Virus record (IMG/VR): IMGVR_UViG_3300005611_000121
Span: 1-33,203 of that record
DNA: 33,203 bases
Source: a virus
Taxonomy: Duplodnaviria > Caudoviricetes
Reading direction: 5' to 3' (one strand)
The position numbers and the translations under genes were made by a program. A model generated the notes under the pieces. The model saw nothing but the letters and a program-made list of their open reading frames with translations. It was not told the origin of the DNA and did not search any database. Below are positions 1 through 8,785 of the stretch, piece by piece (the first letter of the stretch is position 1; each line of letters opens with the position of its first letter).

Positions 1-334
1 AGTAAGTGGTGATTGGGTAACAGACATTGTACTTGATCGTCGAGTTGTACAGGCAGACGGTACTATTGGGACGACAGCAGCACTTACTTTGAGTGCTCCG
101 ACAGCAGGCTCAACCATACCTAAGGCTAGTAGGACTAACTACCAGACAATAGCTGCGTACTTAAGATCAACTGGTAACTACAATAGCAGTCAAACAAACG
201 CAATTATACAAGAGTGGCTAACTGATGAGGGATACCCAACCCAGTTTAATAGCGCCTTGTTTAATTACCTTGGTAGCCTTGGTTACGTAGGTGCTTTGTA
301 CGATAGGATGAATAGTTGGCAGTTAGATTCTTAG
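1..334 (+). CDS. C-terminal part of a late-arm protein of unknown function (5'-truncated), possibly virion-associated
   Basis: The frame of ORF 89..334 is open back to position 2 (VSGDWVTDIVLDRRVVQADG...), so the gene starts before the window. It is on the same strand as the structural arm. Confidence 0.6.
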   Translation, partial: VSGDWVTDIVLDRRVVQADGTIGTTAALTLSAPTAGSTIPKASRTNYQTIAAYLRSTGNYNSSQTNAIIQEWLTDEGYPTQFNSALFNYLGSLGYVGALYDRMNSWQLDS

Positions 335-343
335 GAGAGAGAA

Positions 344-952
344 TTGAACAAGGCAATTGTTGCAGCAATAGCGGTCATACTGGCCGCCTTCCTTGCCTTC
401 TTAGAGAAGTCTAACTCCTCTGAGAGGGCTGAACAATCAGCTCTTATTGGTATCTTGTATCAGCGTGTGGATGCCTTAGAAGAAAAGTACCTAAGGGTAG
501 TGACTCAGAACCAGATTCAGGCGAGTAAAATAACAAAGCTTACCATCGAACTGTCTGATAAGTATTCACCCGATGAAGCACTTAAAACCTATATAGATAA
601 CATGCCTTTCCCAGCCTGGGTTAAGGTTGTGAATGGCTCTGGCAGTGCTGCTGAATTTACTATGTGGCATTTGAACAGGGAGTATGAAGATGTATTTAAT
701 ATCAGGAAGGAATCTTACATAGGTAAGACTGACTTTGAAGTGTGGCCCCAGAGGTTAGCCTTGGGGTTCTATGAGAATGACCTATCAATATTGAATACTG
801 AGATAAGTGCTTGCAACAGAGAAGAAATAAAGTACACACCCATAGGCCCAATCATGGAGTCTACAGAGTTTGTACAAGTGTGTAAGTGGAGAACTAAAAT
901 TATGGGTAAGAGGGCCGTTGCTGGCCAACTCCTACCCAGTTCGGGGAGCTGA
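344..952 (+). CDS. Membrane-anchored coiled-coil + PAS-fold domain protein
   Basis: AGGAG RBS before a TTG start; hydrophobic N-terminus AIVAAIAVILAAFLAFL; heptad segment LYQRVDALEEKY...KLTIEL; PAS_4-like signature YIDNMPFPAWVK...LNREYEDVF...YIGKTDFEVWPQRLALGFYENDLSIL. Confidence 0.7.
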   Translation: MNKAIVAAIAVILAAFLAFLEKSNSSERAEQSALIGILYQRVDALEEKYLRVVTQNQIQASKITKLTIELSDKYSPDEALKTYIDNMPFPAWVKVVNGSGSAAEFTMWHLNREYEDVFNIRKESYIGKTDFEVWPQRLALGFYENDLSILNTEISACNREEIKYTPIGPIMESTEFVQVCKWRTKIMGKRAVAGQLLPSSGS

Positions 953-965
953 TGCTCCCCTTTTT
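943..965 (+). terminator. Rho-independent terminator ending the late arm
   Basis: GGGGAGC-TGAT-GCTCCCC perfect 7-bp stem followed by TTTTT, at the point where the two arms converge. Confidence 0.85.
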
Positions 966-973
966 ATTGCCTG

Positions 974-2830
974 TTAGAAAGTTATTTCACAGGCACCTCC
1001 TGCACAAGCAGCCTCTCCCTGTAGATCTGTGTTATCAACATCTTCTGTGACCTTCGAAAGGTCAATGGAAGTGAGGGAGCTTTCCAGTTCATAGTACTTA
1101 GCCTCTGTAATATCCTCAAATGGTGCTTGGACATAGGTTCCACCATTGTAAGGAAGGACAGAAATTCCGTTGTATTCATTTCGGTTACTCCACATCCAGT
1201 CAACACACTCTCCCCACTCATCATCTTTAAGACTTATAGTACAACTTACGTTATGAGTATTGTCACCACTAACGTGACCATGACGTACCCAATCTAAGTT
1301 AAACAACCTAACCCTGTCCAGTAGATCACGAGGGCTCTCAGAGCGAAGCAGAGCCCCTCTAGGAGCTTCTTGAGGGAAACTTAGCACTGCCCCACTGGGG
1401 TTGTGTAAATCGTCCTCTACAAGCTCTGGCATAGCTCCTAGCATATAGTGGTATAGGGCCTCATTCTTACCTACTCGCATTCGCCTGATATAATAAGATC
1501 CATGCCAAGCATGTATCCCGCTACTACTACCCACCACGAGGGAACTAGTACCACTAGGCTTAACAGTAGTAGTACGAGCAGCGGGATTAATGTTAATAAG
1601 ATTAGCCACCCGCTTATTTTCTTCAACCACTTCATCAGCAGCCTCCCTTAAGTTAAGTCCTAGTACAGCACCAGACCCAATGCCTGTCATGCCTACACCT
1701 ATTAAAGCTTCTTCCTCTGTAGTCTCTCTCCATATAGGACGTAAGTAGTGGAAATCAGTATAGCCTGCCTGTAGTGTACCTATAAGAGCAGCAGCTTTAG
1801 CCCTACTGTTTAGGTCATGTTGGTCTACTACGTCACCAGCGTTAACTTCACATAAATTACAGAACTGGAATGGCCGTAGTCCTATCTCACAACAGGGATT
1901 AGTACCCCACTCCTCATTGGAAGTCCAGTACACACCTGGCTCTCCAGCACCTGACTCCTGCACTATACGCATTATGTTATAGAACTCTTCCTTACTTACC
2001 TTACCACGAGGAAGTACTGCTGAGTTGTTAGCTCTTGCTCTATAGGGGTGCTGTTCCCACCAAGCCCCTGTCTTACACTCAAGCATATCCTGATCATCTC
2101 GATCAAACAAACTAATAAGAGCAGCCCGTCTAATACCACCAGCTAACACAGCGTCTGCAATGACACAGCACAGGTCATGAACCTCTATCGGTGTAAGCTT
2201 ACGTCCTAGTGCTAAGTCTAGCTTACCCCTAAGAAGTTCAATGCACGCTTCCAAAGGCTCTGGGCCTGGGGCCTTGCCTCCTGTAGTAATGAGTGCTGCC
2301 CCTTTCTCCCTAATGTCTCTATAGTCAAATACAGGGGACTGCTTTCCGAGGAAGTAGGCTTCGACCAGTACTTTAATTGCATCGGCCCAACCTTCGATAC
2401 TATCTCCCACAAGAAACCTTCTCGACTCAGGTCTCGGCCCAATGACTCTAGGAAGTTTATTGACCCAGAGGGATTGTACACTATATCCTCCTCCAGTACC
2501 TCCCAACAAAAGGAACATGAGTTCTGAGAATGCGTCTTGGTGGTCGATAGGTAGAAAGGCACAGTTATATATTCGGTTGTTTGCAACTTCAATAGGCCGT
2601 CCCCCAAACTGCAAAGACCGCATACTGGGCAGCACTTTCTTGTCATAGACATACTGGTAAGCCTCCTCGATCTCTTGTTTAATTTGAGGGTACTTAACTT
2701 GGTGCATCTCCTTGTTACGTGTTACCAACTCCTCCCAAGTTTCTCGCCTACTCTTGCCTTCTAAATACTTAGCGTACTTGTTAAAGATAGTCACTTCACT
2801 TAATATCTTATTGCTCTTATTCAACCTCAA
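974..2830 (-). CDS. nrdJ: Class II (adenosylcobalamin-dependent) ribonucleotide reductase
   Basis: N-terminal KYAKY...RRETWEE, PSMRSLQFGG, IYNCAF, catalytic TNPCCEI, TTVKPSGT and C-terminal redox pair CAGGACEI. No beta-subunit gene nearby. The true start may be TTG 2824. Confidence 0.93.
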   Translation of the reverse strand: MRLNKSNKILSEVTIFNKYAKYLEGKSRRETWEELVTRNKEMHQVKYPQIKQEIEEAYQYVYDKKVLPSMRSLQFGGRPIEVANNRIYNCAFLPIDHQDAFSELMFLLLGGTGGGYSVQSLWVNKLPRVIGPRPESRRFLVGDSIEGWADAIKVLVEAYFLGKQSPVFDYRDIREKGAALITTGGKAPGPEPLEACIELLRGKLDLALGRKLTPIEVHDLCCVIADAVLAGGIRRAALISLFDRDDQDMLECKTGAWWEQHPYRARANNSAVLPRGKVSKEEFYNIMRIVQESGAGEPGVYWTSNEEWGTNPCCEIGLRPFQFCNLCEVNAGDVVDQHDLNSRAKAAALIGTLQAGYTDFHYLRPIWRETTEEEALIGVGMTGIGSGAVLGLNLREAADEVVEENKRVANLININPAARTTTVKPSGTSSLVVGSSSGIHAWHGSYYIRRMRVGKNEALYHYMLGAMPELVEDDLHNPSGAVLSFPQEAPRGALLRSESPRDLLDRVRLFNLDWVRHGHVSGDNTHNVSCTISLKDDEWGECVDWMWSNRNEYNGISVLPYNGGTYVQAPFEDITEAKYYELESSLTSIDLSKVTEDVDNTDLQGEAACAGGACEITF

Positions 2831-3065
2831 CTCCCTTTATAAACTCTTTAATTTTATCTATCCCTGTACAGGTAATGGTTCTCTCTACTAGAGGTATACA
2901 CAGTGTTGGTACTTGTCTAACACCTAGTGTCTGTGCCACAGTACGTCCACCAGCATCTTCAACGGACATGACTTGGTACTCTATACCGCTCTCGTCAAGT
3001 AACCTCTTAGCCTCTTTACAAGGGGCACAAGTACTACTCGTCAGTAACTTCGGTACTAGTATCAT
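2817..3065 (-). CDS. Glutaredoxin/NrdH-like redoxin
   Basis: CAPC active site and cis-Pro motif RQVPT; adjacent to nrdJ. ATG 3065 preferred because of the GGAGG RBS. Confidence 0.85.
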   Translation of the reverse strand: MILVPKLLTSSTCAPCKEAKRLLDESGIEYQVMSVEDAGGRTVAQTLGVRQVPTLCIPLVERTITCTGIDKIKEFIKGVEVE

Positions 3066-3597
3066 TTGCCTCCTCCTCAATTGCTTTATCTATAAGTCTG
3101 TTAACATCGTCTGCGTCTAAGTATAAGTCTGAACCATTTAGCACGCTCTCAACTTCATCGTGTGTAAAGAACCTACCGTATACCTTGTGGTACAGGTTAC
3201 TCAACCTCTTAGATAAGAACTCAGCAGACTTCAACGTCTCGTTAATCTTACCCATTGATCCACTACTGCCATCATGTAGCATCACCTCACAGAACGAACC
3301 TATAATGAATGCAGCTCCTGCAAAGAAGATTAGTGAACCTGCACTAGCTACCAACCCATCTGCACTTGTCACTACAGTAGCGTCTGTACTTGACATAGCG
3401 TGGATTATCTCTATGGCGGTATCTAGGTAGCCACCTCCAGTATTCAAGTGGAGGATAACTACATCATTTGCTGAGGCATTATACAGGGTGTCTAGTAGGT
3501 CTATGTACCCACTACTGTCACCGATATCTCCGTGAATGTAGAAGTGGTAGGTGACACCAGATACTTGTGTTCTCATGTAATCACTTTCTTGTCTCAT
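3034..3597 (-). CDS. clpP: ClpP-like (S14 family) serine protease
   Basis: IHGDIG, LHLNTGGG, catalytic-Ser motif GLVASAGSLIF, His motif VMLHD and DLYL. ATG 3597 overlaps the phoH stop codon (ATGA). Confidence 0.8.
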   Translation of the reverse strand: MRQESDYMRTQVSGVTYHFYIHGDIGDSSGYIDLLDTLYNASANDVVILHLNTGGGYLDTAIEIIHAMSSTDATVVTSADGLVASAGSLIFFAGAAFIIGSFCEVMLHDGSSGSMGKINETLKSAEFLSKRLSNLYHKVYGRFFTHDEVESVLNGSDLYLDADDVNRLIDKAIEEEANDTSTEVTDE

Positions 3598-5159
3598 AGT
3601 GCCTCCCAAGCCTCAAAAGCTTCTAGCCAAGCCTTGCACTGCTCACTGCGCAATATATCATTACGAGTAAACTCCACTGTATGTACGTTCATATCAAAGT
3701 ACTCAATCATATTAAGCAGTTCAGCTAACCCTGAGTCCTTGAACTTAGGACTAACCTGTGCAACGTCACCACACAACACTACCTTACTGTACTTACCAGT
3801 TCGTGTTAGAAATACCTTAAGCTGTTGAAAGCTCATGTTCTGACAGTTGCCAGTTACCGCAATACCCTCACTCTGCCTCACCATTATCATCCCAGAAGGT
3901 ACAGTACAGCAGTACACCTTCCCCTTGAAACCGTAAGTCTCGTGGTTATACTTTTGCAGCGTCACCTTATCAGTGTCCACCAGAGTCAGTCGGTAGTAAG
4001 TTTTATAAGACTCCTTCCTGTTATCCTCACTCTTCATTATCCTTGCTCTCAACCCCACTAGGTGTGCTATTGTCTGCACAGCCTTGATGTTGTCGTAGTC
4101 AGTAGAGCAGTATAGTGGAGTGCCCTTCAGAGAGCCGTCCCACAAACACACCTCATCTATGAAAAGCTCCATGCAGGTTAGGGAAAGTTTTAATAGCTCA
4201 GCTACTTTAAACTTCTTATCCTTGGTCAGAAACTTGTCAGCAAGATCGGGGTGTGGTATGTAGAACCTAACCTTACCCAAGGCATCTGGAGCATACTTTG
4301 TGTACTTGACTCCTAACTCCTCAAGAATATACTCCATCCGACTTATCTTTGCAGGCTTTGAGAAAGATGCCTCCCAATAGTTAAAGTCTTTGCCTGAAGA
4401 ACTCTGAGTAGTACTGAAGCTACCGTCTGCTTGCATAGCAACTGCGAACTGTAGCTCTGCAAAAGACATCAAGCTCCCTGACGCGCCATACACAGACGTT
4501 AACTTTGACCAGTTAGTCTTTGGCAGCTCTCCAGCTTTCTGCTTAACTAAACCCCCTTTGGAGTCTTTATACACAAAGTCATGATTAGCGGTAGCCTCTA
4601 GAGAGAACCTGCCAGTGCCAACTTTAGCCATAAGTCCTTCATAATCCTTCTCAATCTTTCTCAAAGGTTCTACGAACTCGACCCGACCATTGACAACTTG
4701 CCCGACCTTCTGATCACCGAGCTTGTCGAAGCGGACATATCCCTCCTCTGTCAGAACCTCTGTGTCTCCAGTGAAGCACTCGTCTACGATAATGAAGGTG
4801 TCATCAAAGGTCATCCCCTGTATGAACTCAAGGCTCATATACTGCAACTGACCCTTCTTCTCTAAGCACTCCTGTATACCCTTATGATAACCATAGAAGT
4901 TGAAGTTCTGCTGGATTGGACGTACCCAAGGGTCAATCTTCTCTCTCTCAGTTCCTGGAAGGAAGCCGCCCTCCTTGGCGAAGCTCACATTAGGTCTTGT
5001 TACTAACACCTTCTTACGTTTGTCCTTCTCTAGCCACTCTATTGCAGCACCTACAGCACCACAAGTCTTACCAGTACCTGCACTACCATAGGCAATTACT
5101 GGGGCTAAGTCACGATCTCGTAAAGCTAACTCGTATAACTTGTGGGTCTTAGTCGTCAT
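3594..5159 (-). CDS. phoH: PhoH-family ATPase interrupted by an intein
   Basis: Walker A GSAGTGKT, VTRP, GFLPGTEREKIDPW, QGMTF, Walker B IIVDE|C-QN, LTRTG, GDVAQ. About 210 aa after removing the 311-aa intein. Confidence 0.93.
   Translation of the reverse strand: MTTKTHKLYELALRDRDLAPVIAYGSAGTGKTCGAVGAAIEWLEKDKRKKVLVTRPNVSFAKEGGFLPGTEREKIDPWVRPIQQNFNFYGYHKGIQECLEKKGQLQYMSLEFIQGMTFDDTFIIVDECFTGDTEVLTEEGYVRFDKLGDQKVGQVVNGRVEFVEPLRKIEKDYEGLMAKVGTGRFSLEATANHDFVYKDSKGGLVKQKAGELPKTNWSKLTSVYGASGSLMSFAELQFAVAMQADGSFSTTQSSSGKDFNYWEASFSKPAKISRMEYILEELGVKYTKYAPDALGKVRFYIPHPDLADKFLTKDKKFKVAELLKLSLTCMELFIDEVCLWDGSLKGTPLYCSTDYDNIKAVQTIAHLVGLRARIMKSEDNRKESYKTYYRLTLVDTDKVTLQKYNHETYGFKGKVYCCTVPSGMIMVRQSEGIAVTGNCQNMSFQQLKVFLTRTGKYSKVVLCGDVAQVSPKFKDSGLAELLNMIEYFDMNVHTVEFTRNDILRSEQCKAWLEAFEAWEAL
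3846..4778 (-). mobile_element. Intein (311 aa) with probable LAGLIDADG homing endonuclease
   Basis: Block A CFTGDTEVLT; block B ATANHDF; LAGLIDADG-like FAVAMQADGS and FIDEVCLWDGS; block F/G VYCCTVPSGMIMVR...VTGN followed by Cys+1. Excision restores DECQN. Confidence 0.92.
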
Positions 5160-5932
5160 GAGTACTCCTGTAACAATCGTTCAACAGATATAAAATCAAC
5201 ATCATGGTCTACAAAACCAAAGCGGTTAATGAATCCACGTAAGTGTAGGAAACCCCTAGCCTCAGTGTTATTGGCCCCACGATAACCCTCATCCTCTAGC
5301 ACAAAGCTACCAGCACACGCCCCGAAGTGTGGTTTACCTAGTAGGTTCTGTCTACGAGCATACTGGAACTGTTGTTGGTGTCCATGTACAAAGCTGTGAG
5401 GGAACTTGTTAAGTTTGTTCTCCATAGATCCACCAACAGCTCTACTAGAGTGAGGGTTCTCCATGTAGTGTGAGAAGGCAGTGCCAAATAACCAGAGAGG
5501 ATCATTCATCTCCTTTACTTGCCAACCCTGATCCTCTACAAACTTACTAAGATCAAAGCAACCCTCTAACACTGGGTTACTACTAATGAACCTAGACAAC
5601 CTGTTCTCATGGTTGCCCTTGAGGAAGTACTTATCTGGCTTATACTCCTTATCCTTACCACGTTTACCGTTTGAGTTCTTGGCTTTAGTCACCGAGTCAA
5701 TGATTCGGAAGGCATTGAACCCAGCCTCTAGGTCATCATACAGCCTTCGCCCTTCCATCTCTAAAGGGGAAGCGTACTTAGACAGTGAGGGTAAGTCCCA
5801 GTGATCACCAATGTGTACTAGGTTAGCTGGTTTGTGTCTCCAAATATACCTTGACAGTGCCTTAAGGTGGTCAGTGGGTGAGTCAGGCTTTATCTGTGTG
5901 TCTGCTATTACAATTACATCATACTCACTCAT
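5156..5932 (-). CDS. Calcineurin-like metallophosphoesterase
   Basis: IADTQ, HIGDHWD, GNHE, SHY and HGHQQ motifs. ATG 5932 preferred (GGAG upstream). Confidence 0.85.
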   Translation of the reverse strand: MSEYDVIVIADTQIKPDSPTDHLKALSRYIWRHKPANLVHIGDHWDLPSLSKYASPLEMEGRRLYDDLEAGFNAFRIIDSVTKAKNSNGKRGKDKEYKPDKYFLKGNHENRLSRFISSNPVLEGCFDLSKFVEDQGWQVKEMNDPLWLFGTAFSHYMENPHSSRAVGGSMENKLNKFPHSFVHGHQQQFQYARRQNLLGKPHFGACAGSFVLEDEGYRGANNTEARGFLHLRGFINRFGFVDHDVDFISVERLLQEYS

Positions 5933-6314
5933 AAAAGTCTCCAACAACATTAGCAATAAATGTTTCTAAGTAAAATGATAACCCATAGTACGCATACCCA
6001 TTACCCCAACCACCAGTAACTGCTTTTGGGTACTCTCTAAAGTTCTCGTGGAACTCTTCTTCATCCTTAACCTCCACCCAATTAACGGCATTATACTTAC
6101 TAAGCACTGCCTTGGTGTCCTTGATCTGCTCTGCGGAGTAACACTTCTCTACCATGTACTCTCTTACTTTATCCGTTACCCGCTCGATTAACACATCTCT
6201 TACAGCCTCTTCATACCAAGTCTTGCCAACCTCTTTGGTATCTATAGAGAACTCCACCCTTGTCTCATCAGCCTTACTGATATCCCAAGTAAAAAACTTT
6301 CTAATATCTAACAT
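5925..6314 (-). CDS. Hypothetical protein
   Basis: 129-aa ORF overlapping both neighbours in the operon. Confidence 0.6.
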   Translation of the reverse strand: MLDIRKFFTWDISKADETRVEFSIDTKEVGKTWYEEAVRDVLIERVTDKVREYMVEKCYSAEQIKDTKAVLSKYNAVNWVEVKDEEEFHENFREYPKAVTGGWGNGYAYYGLSFYLETFIANVVGDFYE

Positions 6315-6535
6315 GCCAGCCCCAAGTTCTTAGTTAGTGAACGCTTAAATGCAGCCTCTCCTAGTTTATCGTACTTAGCCATTGCCTTAGCCATCTCTAG
6401 GTGATCCTTCTTACTAAACTGATTCAGGTAATCAGAGGCTGGTGTGTACCCAGCATCCTCCTGAAGGTTCCTAGCGAACATCAACCTATTGTATGCTTGC
6501 AATGTCTTATCATCTACCTTATTAAAGTTACTCAT
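6308..6535 (-). CDS. Hypothetical protein
   Basis: 75-aa ORF translationally coupled to the HNH gene (ATGA overlap). Confidence 0.65.
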   Translation of the reverse strand: MSNFNKVDDKTLQAYNRLMFARNLQEDAGYTPASDYLNQFSKKDHLEMAKAMAKYDKLGEAAFKRSLTKNLGLAC

Positions 6536-6933
6536 TTAGCTTTCTTCCTGTGAAGTTTTCGTTCTTCATTCTCTTCCTTAGACTTGCTATCATGACAAGC
6601 CTTACACAGCAGTTGCAGGTTATCCTCCTCACAAAACAGTCGCTCAATATACGTATCCCAAGTAGTCCAACCAGTCACTGGTACAGCAGGCTCTATGTGG
6701 TCAACAAACTTGTTGTTAGACCTAGTACGCCCCACCTTAACTGTGGCTGGTATCTCTTTCTCACACTCAGCACATTGGTAGAATCCCCTACGTGTCCTAG
6801 CGTTAGCCTCACAGTCACCAACTGGCCCCCACTTACGGGTGGCAGATCTTAATGCGTTCTCTACAAACGATCTAAACCTAGCCTCAGTCCACCTACCACC
6901 ACACCTAGTCTTAGCTCCCGCTGGTCTCGCCAT
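6532..6933 (-). CDS. HNH endonuclease
   Basis: CAEC...VDHIEP...NLQLLCKACH zinc/HNH signature. ATG 6933 has a GAGG RBS. Confidence 0.85.
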   Translation of the reverse strand: MARPAGAKTRCGGRWTEARFRSFVENALRSATRKWGPVGDCEANARTRRGFYQCAECEKEIPATVKVGRTRSNNKFVDHIEPAVPVTGWTTWDTYIERLFCEEDNLQLLCKACHDSKSKEENEERKLHRKKAK

Positions 6934-6986
6934 ATAGAGCTTCCTCCTCAAGTTCCTCAAACATATCTAGTAAGTATTCATGATCT

Positions 6987-7844
6987 TCATTTTCCATTGT
7001 ACCTCCACAGTACAGGTGTACCATCTTCATTAAGTTCAGTTACCATGTGTAATAGGTTGACTTGCTCTTCAAAGTAAGTCTCCCAACCATCACCAAGCTT
7101 TTCTTTATACTTGGAAGTAACACGTTCATACATTGTTGGCTCATCCTCAGCCTCTGCTAACAACCCATAGGCTAAGACAGGCCCACCTCTAGGTAGTCCA
7201 GGTATGTTATCTACGCTATCACCAGTGATCAACTGTGAGTAGAAGAATCTCATACCTGTTCCCTTAAGCTTACCGTTGTGTAAAGTAAGCTCACCAACAC
7301 CATCTACTTGCTTAGGTCCAAACTGTGGTTGTGCTCCACAAGGCCAGCCATAGTGCATACCTTGTACCATACGTAGATCCTTATCCCTTGTACAGATAAT
7401 TGTACTTAGTGGAGGAGCTATCGTTTGGTGTACTGCTAAGAGATCGTCAGCTTCTAACCCATTTGCAACTACAACGTCATACTTACTTAACATGTAAGCT
7501 CGTATATTGTCTCTGTGAAATGGTTTCTCTTGCTTACGTTGCCCCTTATAAGGCTTAGACACAGACAAAGCTACACGAAAGTTCTCCTTGTACTCAACAG
7601 GAGGTAGCCCATGTGCTTTGTTGTGTCTATTCAGCATCTTGTTAAGCGTTGGATCGTTAGTCAAGTACAGAGTGCTAGGCTCTGTAGACCAGCACTCCTC
7701 CTCTATCTCCCGTATCCTTTGGTCTAACATCTCAGCCACCTTATCGAAGTCAAGGATTACTAACTCCCCTGACTCCTCATCAGTGAACTGAGAACTAAAC
7801 CCTATTTCATATACAAGCACATCGGAATCAATTAAGCACTTCAT
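6987..7844 (-). CDS. 5'-3' exonuclease/RNase H (T7 gp6/FEN-like)
   Basis: LIDSD, NFR, PYKGQR, EADD, DKDL and GDSVDNIPG motifs. Confidence 0.9.
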   Translation of the reverse strand: MKCLIDSDVLVYEIGFSSQFTDEESGELVILDFDKVAEMLDQRIREIEEECWSTEPSTLYLTNDPTLNKMLNRHNKAHGLPPVEYKENFRVALSVSKPYKGQRKQEKPFHRDNIRAYMLSKYDVVVANGLEADDLLAVHQTIAPPLSTIICTRDKDLRMVQGMHYGWPCGAQPQFGPKQVDGVGELTLHNGKLKGTGMRFFYSQLITGDSVDNIPGLPRGGPVLAYGLLAEAEDEPTMYERVTSKYKEKLGDGWETYFEEQVNLLHMVTELNEDGTPVLWRYNGK

Positions 7845-7846
7845 AA

Positions 7847-8113
7847 CTACCCCTTAGAGATAGTACTCTCATTTAACTCAAGCTGCATATCAGACCGTTC
7901 CTTGTCCAACTCTACACGACTGATATCTATGTAGAACATACCCTTGCCATCCTCTGGCATGAATACAATCAAGTCAGACATTGCCCCTGTGTCATCTTTC
8001 GGTACTGACAGCACTGAGTTAGCCCAACCCTTAGCCCCAGACTCTAGGTTATACTGATCAAGACCTTCAGCATCCTTCAGGATAACTGGATCTCCTGTCT
8101 TAATTCCACTCAT
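7847..8113 (-). CDS. Hypothetical protein
   Basis: GGAG RBS then ATG 8113 (MSGIKTGDPV...). The longer start in the ORF track overlaps the upstream gene. Confidence 0.6.
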   Translation of the reverse strand: MSGIKTGDPVILKDAEGLDQYNLESGAKGWANSVLSVPKDDTGAMSDLIVFMPEDGKGMFYIDISRVELDKERSDMQLELNESTISKG

Positions 8114-8774
8114 CATCATCTCCTTCTTCATCAGACTCTTCTGTCTCAGCAACCTTACCACCGAGTGCTTTCTGTAGGGCAGACCCATTGAACTCCAGGT
8201 TGTCCTTAATCTTATCCTGCAACCAATCTGGCAGTGATCCAAACACTTCCATATCTGGTTCGTCTAAGTCAAACAACTTAGGTGGGTTCTGTAACTCAAC
8301 AGCCTTACCAGCATCCTTGGGACGCATTGCAGACAGTGAGGCTATGTTGTTGTAGATGTTGCCAGCATTCTTCCCCTTGCCTGCATTCTGCACTACACTA
8401 GCTACGGCTGGTAAGCCTGCCAACTGTGTGAAGTCTCCACCAAACTCCTCATCTGGATCAAGGGCGTAGTAACGTTGTGTTGACTTAGCCTTCTCAGCCT
8501 TCAAGCTGCGTAGGGGTAAGGTCTCTGATAACCAACGTGGCTTATCATCAAGCTCTTTTCCATCTTCATCTACACAGAACTCATCCAAGAACTCATAGGT
8601 AATCATGATCTCTTGAGCGGGTGGCTTCTCTTGTCCTTGATAGGGACGTTGTGGTTGTAAGCCAAGATCAATGATCTGTGCAATACGTACTGGGTAAGTT
8701 CCAACATCAATTGGATCTTGCTTCGGGCCTTTAGCGGCAGAATTGTTTTTAATCTTACTAGCGTTTAACGCCAT
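8100..8774 (-). CDS. Probable single-stranded DNA-binding protein
   Basis: Lies between polymerase and exonuclease; beta-rich N-terminus (GTYPVRIAQIIDLG); acidic C-terminal tail ending in an aromatic residue (EESDEEGDDDEWN). Confidence 0.6.
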   Translation of the reverse strand: MALNASKIKNNSAAKGPKQDPIDVGTYPVRIAQIIDLGLQPQRPYQGQEKPPAQEIMITYEFLDEFCVDEDGKELDDKPRWLSETLPLRSLKAEKAKSTQRYYALDPDEEFGGDFTQLAGLPAVASVVQNAGKGKNAGNIYNNIASLSAMRPKDAGKAVELQNPPKLFDLDEPDMEVFGSLPDWLQDKIKDNLEFNGSALQKALGGKVAETEESDEEGDDDEWN

Positions 8775-8785
8775 AGGTATTTCCT

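Noticed and set aside
943-965. Bidirectional terminator at the arm convergence
   Set aside because: A U-tract exists only for the + strand. The minus side reads GAACTG after the stem.
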